Below, in pieces: positions 18,368 to 27,887 of a stretch of 64,000 bases of DNA. The translations under genes were made by a program, and so were the position numbers. Within the stretch, counting starts at the first letter, position 1. Each line of letters opens with the position of its first letter. Location: the NCBI GenBank assembly GCA_003104935.1, contig PQAE01000002.1, forward strand, positions 3,527 to 67,526, read 5' to 3'. Under the pieces are notes generated by a model. It did no database searches. It worked only from the letters and a program-made list of their open reading frames with translations, and had not been told where the DNA came from. The stretch is from Parcubacteria group bacterium (GTDB lineage Bacteria; Patescibacteriota; Patescibacteriia; UBA1558; GWA2-36-10).

Positions 18368-18779
18368 ACAAATGAATTTTTTCAAAAATATCGCTGACCT
18401 CGATGATATAAACTTTCTGCTTATTGATCTTTAAATATTTAGCAAAAATTTTCCGGCTACGGTCAGTAAAAATATGTTCGGCCTTGATTGTCTCCCCTGG
18501 TTCATCCACCAGCAAACCGTAGTAGTCACCGTTAAAACTGAACAGCAGACCATGGCGTTTCGTCGGCGCCCCGGCTAAACCCAGGGACAATAAATTGCGA
18601 CTGTTAAGCAACGTGATGATCTGCCCGCTATGGTAGGTCAATCCGGCAATACTGAGATCGCTCTGCGGCAAAGCAACTAAATCTCCGCAGGTGAAAAACT
18701 GACTATTATCATAAAGCGGCATGGCCCACTGCTCGCCCGCCACAGAAAATAAAATAAATTTGTAATTCTTTTTTTCCAT
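18360..18779 (-). CDS. cheW: CheW-like adaptor (divergent)
   Basis: FILFSVAGEQWAMPL, LPQS...IAGL...GQIITLLN, YGLLVD; lies between MCP and CheA. Confidence 0.8.
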   Translation of the reverse strand: MEKKNYKFILFSVAGEQWAMPLYDNSQFFTCGDLVALPQSDLSIAGLTYHSGQIITLLNSRNLLSLGLAGAPTKRHGLLFSFNGDYYGLLVDEPGETIKAEHIFTDRSRKIFAKYLKINKQKVYIIEVSDIFEKIHLYD

Positions 18780-18781
18780 AT

Positions 18782-19924
18782 TTAATGCCGCCCCACTAGA
18801 TCATCCAAGGTATTGACGACCTGATCCAGATCTTTGGAAGACCGCTCCAAAGAACGACTCACCACCATCTGTTCGTTAATAATCACCGCGATGTTATCGG
18901 CCCGCTTGACCAAATCCCGCGACTGCTTGTTTAAACCGCCGATCATCTGTTTGATGCTGTCTGCTTTGAGTTGAGTGCGCTCATTTTCCTGACTGATACT
19001 TTGGACATTTTCGGAAATATTGCCGACATTAGCGATAATTTTATTCAAAAATTTTATGGTCTGGGATAGAATGGAAATGGTCTTTGAGCTTTCCTCCTTT
19101 TGATGCAAAGAAGATTGGCCGATCTGGCCGATCTGCTCCTGCATATTAGTGGCCAATGACTGGATACCGGCGGCGGCCTGCTCGGTGGTAATATTTAACT
19201 CTCTGATTTGAGAAACTAAATTGGAAAAATCCTCGCTAAATGAGCTTTTATTGGTTTCTATACTGACGTTGAGACTCAAAAACTTTGTAGTTTCCGAAAG
19301 TACTTCCACTCTTTTAGCAATATCTTTAACCCGGTCAGCATAGGTATCCAAGGCCTGATTAAGCGTCTGGTTGGTCGTCGCCAATTGCTTTATGATCACC
19401 AGACTTTTTAAAGCCACTTCTGACTTTTCCGTGCCCTGTATGGCTAATTTATCAATATCTTTCAGATCAGCGACTGACACTCTGGTTTCATCCACAATAC
19501 TGTGAAAAGACTTAACCATATCGCCGACAGAATTGGTCCCCACTTTTAGCCCCTGCTCCTGAGCTTTACTGTTGGAAAGTAAAAACTGTGATATTTCCCT
19601 GTCTTTTTTAGTAATTCCTGAAAGCGTCTGCACCGACTTTAATAAAGAAGGAGTAACCTTGCTTAATCTATCTACCGAGATAGAAATGGGTTTAGTGATA
19701 GACCGGGAAAGCAACCTGGTGGCTAGTAGAGACAGACCAAATACAAAGGCCAGGGAAATCAGCAACCCGGCGATAACCGACTGCGCCAAGCCGTAAATCT
19801 CCAAAATATTCAATTTGGGAAAAAATAAGGAGATGGTAAAAAACAGTACCGCCAAGGGCACTATTGATACTAAAAAAAACCACAAAATAAAACGAATGTA
19901 AATTTTTGTTTCAGTGATCCTCAC
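18782..19924 (-). CDS. Divergent methyl-accepting chemotaxis-like receptor (2 TM, almost no extracellular domain)
   Basis: Two N-terminal TMs, RSITKPI HAMP-like start, coiled coil, tip TTKFLSLNVSIE...F...QIREL resembling TNLLALNAAIE...F...EVRKL. Confidence 0.75.
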   Translation of the reverse strand: MRITETKIYIRFILWFFLVSIVPLAVLFFTISLFFPKLNILEIYGLAQSVIAGLLISLAFVFGLSLLATRLLSRSITKPISISVDRLSKVTPSLLKSVQTLSGITKKDREISQFLLSNSKAQEQGLKVGTNSVGDMVKSFHSIVDETRVSVADLKDIDKLAIQGTEKSEVALKSLVIIKQLATTNQTLNQALDTYADRVKDIAKRVEVLSETTKFLSLNVSIETNKSSFSEDFSNLVSQIRELNITTEQAAAGIQSLATNMQEQIGQIGQSSLHQKEESSKTISILSQTIKFLNKIIANVGNISENVQSISQENERTQLKADSIKQMIGGLNKQSRDLVKRADNIAVIINEQMVVSRSLERSSKDLDQVVNTLDDLVGRH

Positions 19925-19965
19925 TGGAAGATTTATTTTTATTTTTTTGTTTGTATCTTGGCTCT

Positions 19966-19994
19966 ATTATAACATATTTCCGCTCAATAAACAA
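19966..19994 (-). promoter_or_regulatory. Promoter for the chemosensory-pilus operon, TTGTTT-N17-(TGn)TATAAT
   Basis: -10 at 19971-19966 with TG extension. Confidence 0.6.
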
Positions 19995-20066
19995 AATGTC
20001 CCCTAATGATAAATTTGCCTGACCAAGACAATACTAGCTAACCTACCCACTCTGTTTCCGGGTTGA

Positions 20067-20104
20067 CCCCGTTAAATAGGCGTTCGCCCCTTCATTTAAC
20101 CGGG
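20067..20104. mobile_element. 38-bp MITE-like element with 11-bp imperfect TIRs and TTGA target duplication
   Basis: ttga|CCCCGTTAAAT...ATTTAACCGGG|ttga. Confidence 0.6.
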
Positions 20105-20134
20105 TTGACAAAAATGGGCTATTATTACTATAAT
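20105..20134 (+). promoter_or_regulatory. Consensus promoter TTGACA-N18-TATAAT for the sugar transferase operon
   Basis: TTGACA at 20105-20110, TATAAT at 20129-20134, ATG at 20158. Confidence 0.8.
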
Positions 20135-20157
20135 TAGCAATATTAAAAGCAATTGAG

Positions 20158-21522
20158 ATGAAAAAATTTATTCTATTAATAGGCGATATTGCCCTGCTCT
20201 ACGCCAGCTTAGCCCTGACCCTGTGGATTAGGTATGGAGAGCTAAGCCACGAATTGTGGCAAAAACACCTGGTGCCTTTTACCATCGTATTCAGCATTTG
20301 GCTGATTGTTTTTTTTATAAACGGACTTTATGAAATAAGCAAGGTCACCAACGACTTCAAATTTTACGGGAACCTGATCCAAAACCTGATCACCAACGGA
20401 CTTTTATCCATGATTTTCTTTTATCTGATTTTGGGTCGGCTGGGACAACTACGGCCCCAAACTGTCTTATTAATCTTAATCGTGATCTTTGCAATTTTGT
20501 TTTTGATCTGGCGCAAGATTTTTTACAATCTTATTTCCAGTTCTACGCTCAGTAATAACCTGGCGCTCATCGGCATTAACCACGAATCGCTTTTATTAAT
20601 CGAGGAGGTCTCCACCAAACCCCAACTGGGCTATAAGCTGAAGCTGATCATCAATCCGGATTACAGCGAAGTTCCTCAGAAATATCAACTGGTGCCGATC
20701 AGCCGGGACATCGCTAATCTCAAAGATCAGCTGATCAAATACAAAATCAATACCGTCGTCACCACCAACAACCCCAAGTACGGACCGGAAGTGGCCCGCT
20801 ATCTATTTGAAAGCATTGATCTTAAAATAAAATATTTTAACCTGACTGATTTTTACGAAAAGATTACCGGCAAAATACCACTAACCGCTCTGGAAAGGCA
20901 TTGGTTTTTAGACAACATCAGCAAGAAAAATAGTAGTTGGTTTTTACTAGTCAAAAGAATAATAGATATTTTTTTCTCTCTGTTTTTTGGCCTAATTTAT
21001 CTGATTTTCCTGCCCCTAATCGCCCTGCTGATCAAGTTGGAATCTCCCGGTCCGATAATTTACACCCAAAAAAGAGTAGGTCTGGGAGGAAAGATATTTA
21101 CCGTGTATAAACTGCGGTCCATGGTCCAAAACGCCGAAAAAGACGGCGCCAAATGGGCCGAGCACGGCGATAGCCGAGTAACCCACATCGGCCGCTTTAT
21201 CCGCAAATCCCGCATTGACGAGGCTCCTCAATTTTTTAATATTCTTAAGGGTGATATGAGTTTTGTCGGTCCCCGGCCGGAACGCCCCGAATTTGTGGAA
21301 GAACTAAAAAAGTCAATCACCTTTTACAATGAACGCCACTTGGTCAAACCTGGTCTGACCGGCTGGGCGCAGATTAATTTCCCCTATGGCTCATCGGTGG
21401 AAGACGCCAAACAAAAACTTTCCTTTGATCTATTTTATATTAAAAATCAGTCCACGGCTTTGGATATCTCCATAATTTTAAAAACCATCAATACAGTCTT
21501 CAATGTTACTCTCGGCCGCTAA
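20158..21522 (+). CDS. Polyprenyl glycosylphosphotransferase (WbaP/WcaJ-type priming sugar transferase)
   Basis: 4 N-terminal TMs, KRIIDI, YKLRSM, RIDEAPQF.NIL.GDMSFVGPRPE, KPGLTGWAQI. Confidence 0.93.
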   Translation: MKKFILLIGDIALLYASLALTLWIRYGELSHELWQKHLVPFTIVFSIWLIVFFINGLYEISKVTNDFKFYGNLIQNLITNGLLSMIFFYLILGRLGQLRPQTVLLILIVIFAILFLIWRKIFYNLISSSTLSNNLALIGINHESLLLIEEVSTKPQLGYKLKLIINPDYSEVPQKYQLVPISRDIANLKDQLIKYKINTVVTTNNPKYGPEVARYLFESIDLKIKYFNLTDFYEKITGKIPLTALERHWFLDNISKKNSSWFLLVKRIIDIFFSLFFGLIYLIFLPLIALLIKLESPGPIIYTQKRVGLGGKIFTVYKLRSMVQNAEKDGAKWAEHGDSRVTHIGRFIRKSRIDEAPQFFNILKGDMSFVGPRPERPEFVEELKKSITFYNERHLVKPGLTGWAQINFPYGSSVEDAKQKLSFDLFYIKNQSTALDISIILKTINTVFNVTLGR

Positions 21523-21523
21523 G

Positions 21524-22717
21524 ATGCAAACCACTAATACCCGAAAAATTTGCGTAGTCGGTCTGGGCTATGTCGGCCTGCCGCTAGCCGTGGCCCTGGG
21601 GCAAAAACAAGAGGTCTTTGGTTTTGATATCAGCACTGCCAGGATATCAGAACTGAAAAACAATTTTGATTCTCGCGGCGAAACAAGCGCCGAGGACATA
21701 AAAAAGGCCCGCTTGGTTTTAGACAGCGACCCAAATATCATCCGACAGGCTGATTTTATTATTGTGGCCGTGCCGACCCCGATCGATAAAAACAATCAGC
21801 CGGACATCACCCTACTCCTACAAGCTTGTCGTCTAGTGGGGCAAAATATGCAGCCGGGCGCGATCGTCGTCTATGAATCAACGGTTTATCCTGGCTGTAC
21901 GGAGAGAGATTGTGTACCAATTTTGGCACAGGAATCAAGACTACAATATATCAAGGATTTTAAAGTGGGTTATTCGCCGGAAAGAATCAATCCCGGAGAC
22001 AAATTGCATACGGTGGATAAAATAGTAAAAATAGTTTCCGCTTGCGACCAAGAAAGTCTGAAGATCATCACGGCAGTTTATGGAATGATTATTAGAGCGG
22101 GATTGCATCAAGCGCCTAGCATTATCGTCGCCGAAGCCGCTAAGATAATTGAAAACACCCAACGGGATATCAATATCGCCCTGATGAATGAACTCAAAAT
22201 GATCTTTGATAAAGCCAGCATCGATTGGCAAGAAGTGATTGCCGCGGCTTCCACTAAATGGAACTTTATGCCCTTTACCCCCGGACTGGTAGGCGGACAC
22301 TGCATCGGCGTCGATCCCTACTATCTAGCTGCCGAAGCCAAACGTCTGGGCCATGATCCCGAGGTTATTCTGTCCGGGCGCAAAATCAACGATCAAATGG
22401 CTATTTATGAGGCTCAACGACTCCTTAAATATATGCAAACGAAAGGCGTGCCAGCTAATGCTAGATTGCTAATTTTAGGCGGCACGTTCAAACCTAATGT
22501 GGCTGATACTAGAAACTCTAAGGTAGCTGACGTGATCGGTATTTTAAAAAAACAGGGCTACCAAGTTAATATTTGCGAACCCTTTGTAAATGATAATCTT
22601 TTTGACTGCGTTAATGTTTCCCCGGAAAAAATTAAAGATTATGCTTTTGTCATCAAGGCGGTACGCCATGACATTTTTAAAGACATAAAAGCTGACTACG
22701 AAATAATCTATAATTAA
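21524..22717 (+). CDS. UDP-N-acetylhexosamine 6-dehydrogenase (WbpO/TviB-like); start moved to ATG 21524
   Basis: GLGYVGLP, AVPTP, ESTVYPG, SPERINPGD, ENTQRDINIA, PGLVGGHCIGVDP. Confidence 0.92.
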   Translation: MQTTNTRKICVVGLGYVGLPLAVALGQKQEVFGFDISTARISELKNNFDSRGETSAEDIKKARLVLDSDPNIIRQADFIIVAVPTPIDKNNQPDITLLLQACRLVGQNMQPGAIVVYESTVYPGCTERDCVPILAQESRLQYIKDFKVGYSPERINPGDKLHTVDKIVKIVSACDQESLKIITAVYGMIIRAGLHQAPSIIVAEAAKIIENTQRDINIALMNELKMIFDKASIDWQEVIAAASTKWNFMPFTPGLVGGHCIGVDPYYLAAEAKRLGHDPEVILSGRKINDQMAIYEAQRLLKYMQTKGVPANARLLILGGTFKPNVADTRNSKVADVIGILKKQGYQVNICEPFVNDNLFDCVNVSPEKIKDYAFVIKAVRHDIFKDIKADYEIIYN

Positions 22718-22723
22718 GGATAA

Positions 22724-23704
22724 ATGCAAGGACTTTTGCCCAATCAAACCATACTAGTAACCGGCAGCGCCGGCTTTATCGGTTTTCATACTGCCCGGCG
22801 GCTGCTGGATGACGGCCAAAAAGTTATTGGTTTAGATAATTTTAACGATTATTATGATCCTCGGCTCAAAGAAGATCGTAATAAAATTTTAGAAACAAAT
22901 AAAAATTTTCATCTTTATCGTGGAAACCTGGAAGATCTTAGTTTGATAAAAAAAATATTTCGGGAAAATAAGATAGATAAGATTTGCCACCTAGCCGCGC
23001 AAGCTGGTGTTCGCTACAGCATGACTAATCCACATGCTTACGTCCGGTCAAATATAGTCGGTTTTGTAAATCTACTTGAAGAAGCAAAAAATAATAAGGT
23101 TTATGATTTTATTTATGCCTCCTCCAGCTCAGTATATGGAAAAAATGACCTTATTCCTTTTAGCGAACAAGATAATGTTGATCAACCGATTTCTCTCTAT
23201 GCCGCCACCAAAAAAAGCAACGAGCTGATCGCTTATACTTACCATCACCTCTACGGGTTACATTGCACCGGACTGCGCTTTTTTACGGTCTATGGACCTT
23301 ACGGACGCCCTGATATGGCGCTATTTTTATTTACCAAAGCCATCTTAGAAAACCGGCCCATCGATGTCTATAATTCCGGCAAAATGGAAAGAGATTTTAC
23401 ATATATAGATGATATCGTCGAAGGCATCATTAGTAGTCTGGCTCATGCCTATCCCTATGAAATTTTTAATTTGGGTAACAATCAGGCTGTAAAACTGACG
23501 GACTTTATCAAATGCATAGAAAACAACCTGGGTAAAAACGCCCAGCAAAATATGCTGGCGATGCAACCCGGCGATGTGGCTAAAACCTTTGCTAATATAG
23601 ACCTGGCCAAAACCAAACTAAATTTTCGACCGCGCGTCTCAATAGAAAAAGGAATTAGTAATTTTATTCAATGGTATAAAAATTATTACCAAATAAATGT
23701 TTGA
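22724..23704 (+). CDS. NAD-dependent UDP-uronate 4-epimerase (WcaG/CapI-like)
   Basis: TGSAGFIG, HLAAQAGVRYS, YAATKK, RFFTVYGP.GRPDMA. Confidence 0.92.
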   Translation: MQGLLPNQTILVTGSAGFIGFHTARRLLDDGQKVIGLDNFNDYYDPRLKEDRNKILETNKNFHLYRGNLEDLSLIKKIFRENKIDKICHLAAQAGVRYSMTNPHAYVRSNIVGFVNLLEEAKNNKVYDFIYASSSSVYGKNDLIPFSEQDNVDQPISLYAATKKSNELIAYTYHHLYGLHCTGLRFFTVYGPYGRPDMALFLFTKAILENRPIDVYNSGKMERDFTYIDDIVEGIISSLAHAYPYEIFNLGNNQAVKLTDFIKCIENNLGKNAQQNMLAMQPGDVAKTFANIDLAKTKLNFRPRVSIEKGISNFIQWYKNYYQINV

Positions 23705-25013
23705 TAAATTAAAATCAAAAATATTCAAACTCTTGCGCCGCAGCGAAAAATATACCAAAACTGATATGGTCTATCTGGCTCATGGTCAGTTTTGGTTGAC
23801 GGCCGGGGAAGTTGTTTCCGCGACCTCAACATTTTTATTGGCGATAGCCTTTGCCAATCTACTGCCTAAAGAAACTTACGGTACCTACAAATATATTTTA
23901 TCTATCTTCGGGATTTTGACCATCAGCACACTGACCGGCATGAACATTGCCGTCAGCCAGGCCGTAGCCCGTGGTTTGGAAGGAACAGTTATGGTCGCCC
24001 TAAGAAAAAAAATGCTATACGGGACTATCGGCAGTGTGGCCAGTTTAGGCGTCGCTGGTTATTATTATTTTCAACACAACACTACTCTGGCCCTGGCTTT
24101 TTTGATCATTGCCGCTTTTGTCCCTTTTATGGACTCCTATACCGTTTATGTGGCTTATTTGGAGGGAAAAAAACTTTTCAAAAACTCCACCATCTACCTG
24201 ACCAGCAACAGGATCATAGCTAGCATCATTTTGTTTTTAGGTTTGCTTTTAACCAAAAACATTTTTATTATTGTCTGCATATATTTTTGCTCATGGATTA
24301 TCCTGCGACTGATCACTTTTCAGCGCACCATACATAAATTTCCTCCCAATAGCCAATCCGATCCGTCGGTCGTCGCCTTTGCTAGACACTCCAGTCTGAT
24401 AAACGTGACTGCCAGCCTGATCGCTTCCTTGGATACCATCCTATTGTTTCATTACTTCGGCGCCGCCGGAGTAGCCGTCTATGCTTTTGCTATGGCTCCA
24501 GTTTCCCAATTTAAGAGATTGTTTAATAAAATACCGACGCTAGCCATGCCTAAATTTGCTACCCGAACTATCTGGGAAATAAACCAGCAATTTTGGAAAA
24601 GGTTTTTCTTGCTGACAATGATCGGAGTTGGTTTAACGGCTTTCTACGTATTTATTGCTCCGGTTGTTTTTAAAACTTTTTTCCCGAAATATATGGATAG
24701 TGTCTGGCCCTCGCAAATCTATGCTCTGACTATTATTTTTAATCTGGCTCTCGCTATACTCAGCCCGCTGGTAAACTCACGGCTTAATATTATACCCAAA
24801 AGGATGCTTTACTTGTGGAATTTGCCCGCCATAGTGCTAGTTTTATCTATTATTATCACTATAAAACCCCTGGGTGTTATCGGCGTTATTATAAGCCAAG
24901 TGATCGGCGGTTTGACTTCCCTGATACTGACTTTTATTTTTTGGGAAAAAATAAAAAAAATAGAGGCTAAAAACAAGCCCCTGACTGAAAGCTCCCCCAC
25001 CCCTGGCGCCTAG
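23697..25013 (+). CDS. wzx: Oligosaccharide flippase (Wzx family)
   Basis: Multi-TM protein, ANLLPKETYG.Y; glycan locus context. Confidence 0.8.
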   Translation: MFDKLKSKIFKLLRRSEKYTKTDMVYLAHGQFWLTAGEVVSATSTFLLAIAFANLLPKETYGTYKYILSIFGILTISTLTGMNIAVSQAVARGLEGTVMVALRKKMLYGTIGSVASLGVAGYYYFQHNTTLALAFLIIAAFVPFMDSYTVYVAYLEGKKLFKNSTIYLTSNRIIASIILFLGLLLTKNIFIIVCIYFCSWIILRLITFQRTIHKFPPNSQSDPSVVAFARHSSLINVTASLIASLDTILLFHYFGAAGVAVYAFAMAPVSQFKRLFNKIPTLAMPKFATRTIWEINQQFWKRFFLLTMIGVGLTAFYVFIAPVVFKTFFPKYMDSVWPSQIYALTIIFNLALAILSPLVNSRLNIIPKRMLYLWNLPAIVLVLSIIITIKPLGVIGVIISQVIGGLTSLILTFIFWEKIKKIEAKNKPLTESSPTPGA

Positions 25014-25019
25014 CTTTCT

Positions 25020-26156
25020 TTACCAAAAAACTACTTGGTTGTTGATATTTTCCAAAATATCTTTTTTTATTTCCTCATTATAGATGCCGGCTTTGAGAAT
25101 AACATTGACCTTGCCTAGGCCAGCCAAAATTTTTGGCGAATCAACGATTAAAGAAGTACCGTACAAACGTTTGTCTTTTTTGATTAGGCTATTGTCCAAA
25201 ATCCGAATTATTTTATCAGTTCTTAGTCCAAAACCAATCAGATATTGGGAAAAAATATGGGCGCCAAACAGATAGACTGGCTCACTGGATTTCTCTATTT
25301 TTTTGTTTAGGTCAGCGACTATTCCCAAGTGGTAGTTTACAAAATTATTGAAAATTTGCTTATATTCGGCATACTTATTTTCTAACCGAGCGATGTTTTC
25401 TGGTGTTGCCACCCTATTTGTGGCGTAAAAAATGCTGTGGGGATTTCCATAGTACTGCTTCGCTAAAATTTTAAAACCGTATTTTTCTAAAATAAATTCA
25501 ACAATCGGTTCGGTCAAAAAAACTGTATGTTCAAAATTCAGGCAGTTGGTAAAATTATTTCTCAGCATGGCTTCCAAATTTGGGAAGGTAAAAATATGCT
25601 TTTGCCCCGGCTGGAGAAATTTGGCGATATGCTCAATAAATTTTAAGGGATTATAGGTATGCTCCAGAACATGGGAGTGAATAACAGTGTCCACCGGTTC
25701 AGCGCTGAAAAAATTTTCATCAAACCAATCCTGGATGACCTGAATTTTCGGATTTTTTATATACTCGGGATTTGGTTCTACACTTATCCATCGAACATCA
25801 GAATCCAATCTGAAATACTGTTCGGCGATAATATCATGCGCCCCGCCAATCTCCAGAATATTCTTTCCGGGTTTGTTTTGATGTAAAAATTCAGCAAAGG
25901 CCCGGTAGTGGTCCTGCCAGACCTGACCCACGCCGTCATTGTGCTGATTGAGATATAATTTTTCCAAAGGAATTAATTTTTTGAGCTGGATCAAACCCGT
26001 GTCGCGGCAAATATCCCAGATCATATCCGCCCGCAAATCCTGCTCGGCCGGAGTATCCACACAACCCATAAAAACCGGAAAATTCTTTAGAGTGTATAAA
26101 TGCTCTAAATTTTTTTTTCCGGTCAATAAACTATGTTCCCGGACTATATAATTCAT
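25020..26156 (-). CDS. Class I SAM methyltransferase (NDP-sugar C-methyltransferase-like architecture)
   Basis: ILEIGG, SHVLEH, FTFPN, FEH; C-terminal YLFGA...ILDNS..K. Confidence 0.8.
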   Translation of the reverse strand: MNYIVREHSLLTGKKNLEHLYTLKNFPVFMGCVDTPAEQDLRADMIWDICRDTGLIQLKKLIPLEKLYLNQHNDGVGQVWQDHYRAFAEFLHQNKPGKNILEIGGAHDIIAEQYFRLDSDVRWISVEPNPEYIKNPKIQVIQDWFDENFFSAEPVDTVIHSHVLEHTYNPLKFIEHIAKFLQPGQKHIFTFPNLEAMLRNNFTNCLNFEHTVFLTEPIVEFILEKYGFKILAKQYYGNPHSIFYATNRVATPENIARLENKYAEYKQIFNNFVNYHLGIVADLNKKIEKSSEPVYLFGAHIFSQYLIGFGLRTDKIIRILDNSLIKKDKRLYGTSLIVDSPKILAGLGKVNVILKAGIYNEEIKKDILENINNQVVFW

Positions 26157-26884
26157 AATTCAACTGCTTTTAAAAAATTTCTGGTTTTCTCCAGAGCGGA
26201 CGGATTGCCCGTATCCAGCCAGACCGGAAATGGCATCCACTGAAAATCAGTACCCTGCTTTATCATATTTTCTAAAACATGAACTTCCGACAATCCGGAA
26301 TTGAGCCAGTCGGCTTTATAAATATCTTCCAGGTTTTTCCAAAAGGATTGATAATCATGAATTCCGTCCAAGCCGATATGAACAGAATCAAAAGCTTTAA
26401 TCCCCTTTTCATTTAATATTACTATTTTGCCATTATTGACGGTGTGCGTGCGATATTGGTCCAAGATGAGATCCGATTTAGGCCAATCTGCCACGTAGCC
26501 GCCTATCCAGTTGTGGTCCGGCTGTGGTATAGGGTCGACGACAATGGTATCGCAGGCCTGATAAATAAAAGGACACTGCAAATGCTCTTTGGCCTGCAAC
26601 AGGGAATACCCCAAACTACTGCCCGGCCCTTCATAATTGTCTACAATGGCAAACTCAAATTTTCTCTTTGGAAAATTTTTCACCAGAAATTCTTTGACCT
26701 GACTGCCCAAATATCCCAAGGTAATAACCACGCTTACATCGATCGGATAAGATTTTAATAAATAATAAATAATCGGTTTATTATTTATTAATACCAAGAC
26801 CTTGTTAGTATTTTTTGTTAGGTCTCCTAAGCGCGAGCCAGTACCCGAGGTGGTAATTAATACTTTGTAATCGCTATTTTTCAT
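26153..26884 (-). CDS. Sugar-phosphate nucleotidyltransferase
   Basis: TSGTGSRLGDLTKNTNK, ACD, WLDTG. Confidence 0.85.
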   Translation of the reverse strand: MKNSDYKVLITTSGTGSRLGDLTKNTNKVLVLINNKPIIYYLLKSYPIDVSVVITLGYLGSQVKEFLVKNFPKRKFEFAIVDNYEGPGSSLGYSLLQAKEHLQCPFIYQACDTIVVDPIPQPDHNWIGGYVADWPKSDLILDQYRTHTVNNGKIVILNEKGIKAFDSVHIGLDGIHDYQSFWKNLEDIYKADWLNSGLSEVHVLENMIKQGTDFQWMPFPVWLDTGNPSALEKTRNFLKAVEL

Positions 26885-26888
26885 CTAA

Positions 26889-27887
26889 CTAAAGGTTGTT
26901 TAAATATAAAGTAAAATTTTTGGCCGCGCTGGAAATAATAATTTCCCGCAGATCTTCGTGCTGGCTGATTTGTCGGTATATTTTATCATACTGGGGAGTA
27001 GAAAAATTGTAGTGCCCGGCAATAACAGAACAGAGCAACCTATTGTCCTTATTATTATTAAGTAGCCATTTGCCCCAGCGGCCGCTCTGATAAACCAGCT
27101 TTAGCCACTCGCTGACATCGACACCGTAAACAAAGGCCCGCTCCAGGGTAATTATAGTTTGCAGGACCCCATACTGCGGGGCAATATTCATAGCGTCGAC
27201 TATGCCCCGACGCAATCTGATAGCCGAGTCATCCAGGTAATCGGCATTATGTTCCTTGATATTTAGATTATACTTACCGGCCAAGGCCTTGATTTGTTTG
27301 ACATAATCCAGATTAAAACTGCCGGCCTGATTGATTTCCTTAATTAAGCTTCCGGTTTGGCAGACAAAAAAGACGATATTTTTAAATTGAGAAAAAAAAT
27401 CCATGTCAGCTTCAATATCGGAAATATCTTTTGACAACTGACCGGTGTTTTCATCGGTGCCGATCTCGATCATCATTTCCGAATTTTTTTTGTGAATGTA
27501 TTCGATCGCTTTTTTTGACTCCACCAAAATCTGGCTATGATTTCCCGGCCAATGGCAAAAATCCACGTGGATCAAGTCAAAACCATTGGTGATGTCGCTA
27601 TCAATAGTTTGATAGACATCAGCCAAATCATTATTTTTAAAACCCGGACCGCAATGGTCACGGCAGATATACACTTTGGCCTGCGGATATTTTTCCCGGA
27701 GCTGACGGATATAGACCATATATTCCTCGGTATTCCAGGTATTGACATAGCCCCGGTCCCAGTCAATCTGGTTTTTGGAGGCGATTAACATAAGTGGCTT
27801 TAGTTCCTGCTGGGAACAACGAAAAACTGCCTCAATAATTTCAGAGCTCATTGGTCCGATGCCTAGTTGACTAATCAAATTTTTCAT
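26889..27887 (-). CDS. GatZ/KbaZ-like TIM-barrel protein (sugar-phosphate epimerase/aldolase-like)
   Basis: LIASKNQID..RGY, CRDHCGP, GFDLIHVD, EIGTDE, KEHNADYL, NIAPQYG. Confidence 0.7.
   Translation of the reverse strand: MKNLISQLGIGPMSSEIIEAVFRCSQQELKPLMLIASKNQIDWDRGYVNTWNTEEYMVYIRQLREKYPQAKVYICRDHCGPGFKNNDLADVYQTIDSDITNGFDLIHVDFCHWPGNHSQILVESKKAIEYIHKKNSEMMIEIGTDENTGQLSKDISDIEADMDFFSQFKNIVFFVCQTGSLIKEINQAGSFNLDYVKQIKALAGKYNLNIKEHNADYLDDSAIRLRRGIVDAMNIAPQYGVLQTIITLERAFVYGVDVSEWLKLVYQSGRWGKWLLNNNKDNRLLCSVIAGHYNFSTPQYDKIYRQISQHEDLREIIISSAAKNFTLYLNNL

Noticed and set aside
20058-20109. CCGGGTTGAC direct repeat as a CRISPR remnant
   Set aside because: Only two 10-bp copies and no cas genes; better explained by the element end plus target duplication
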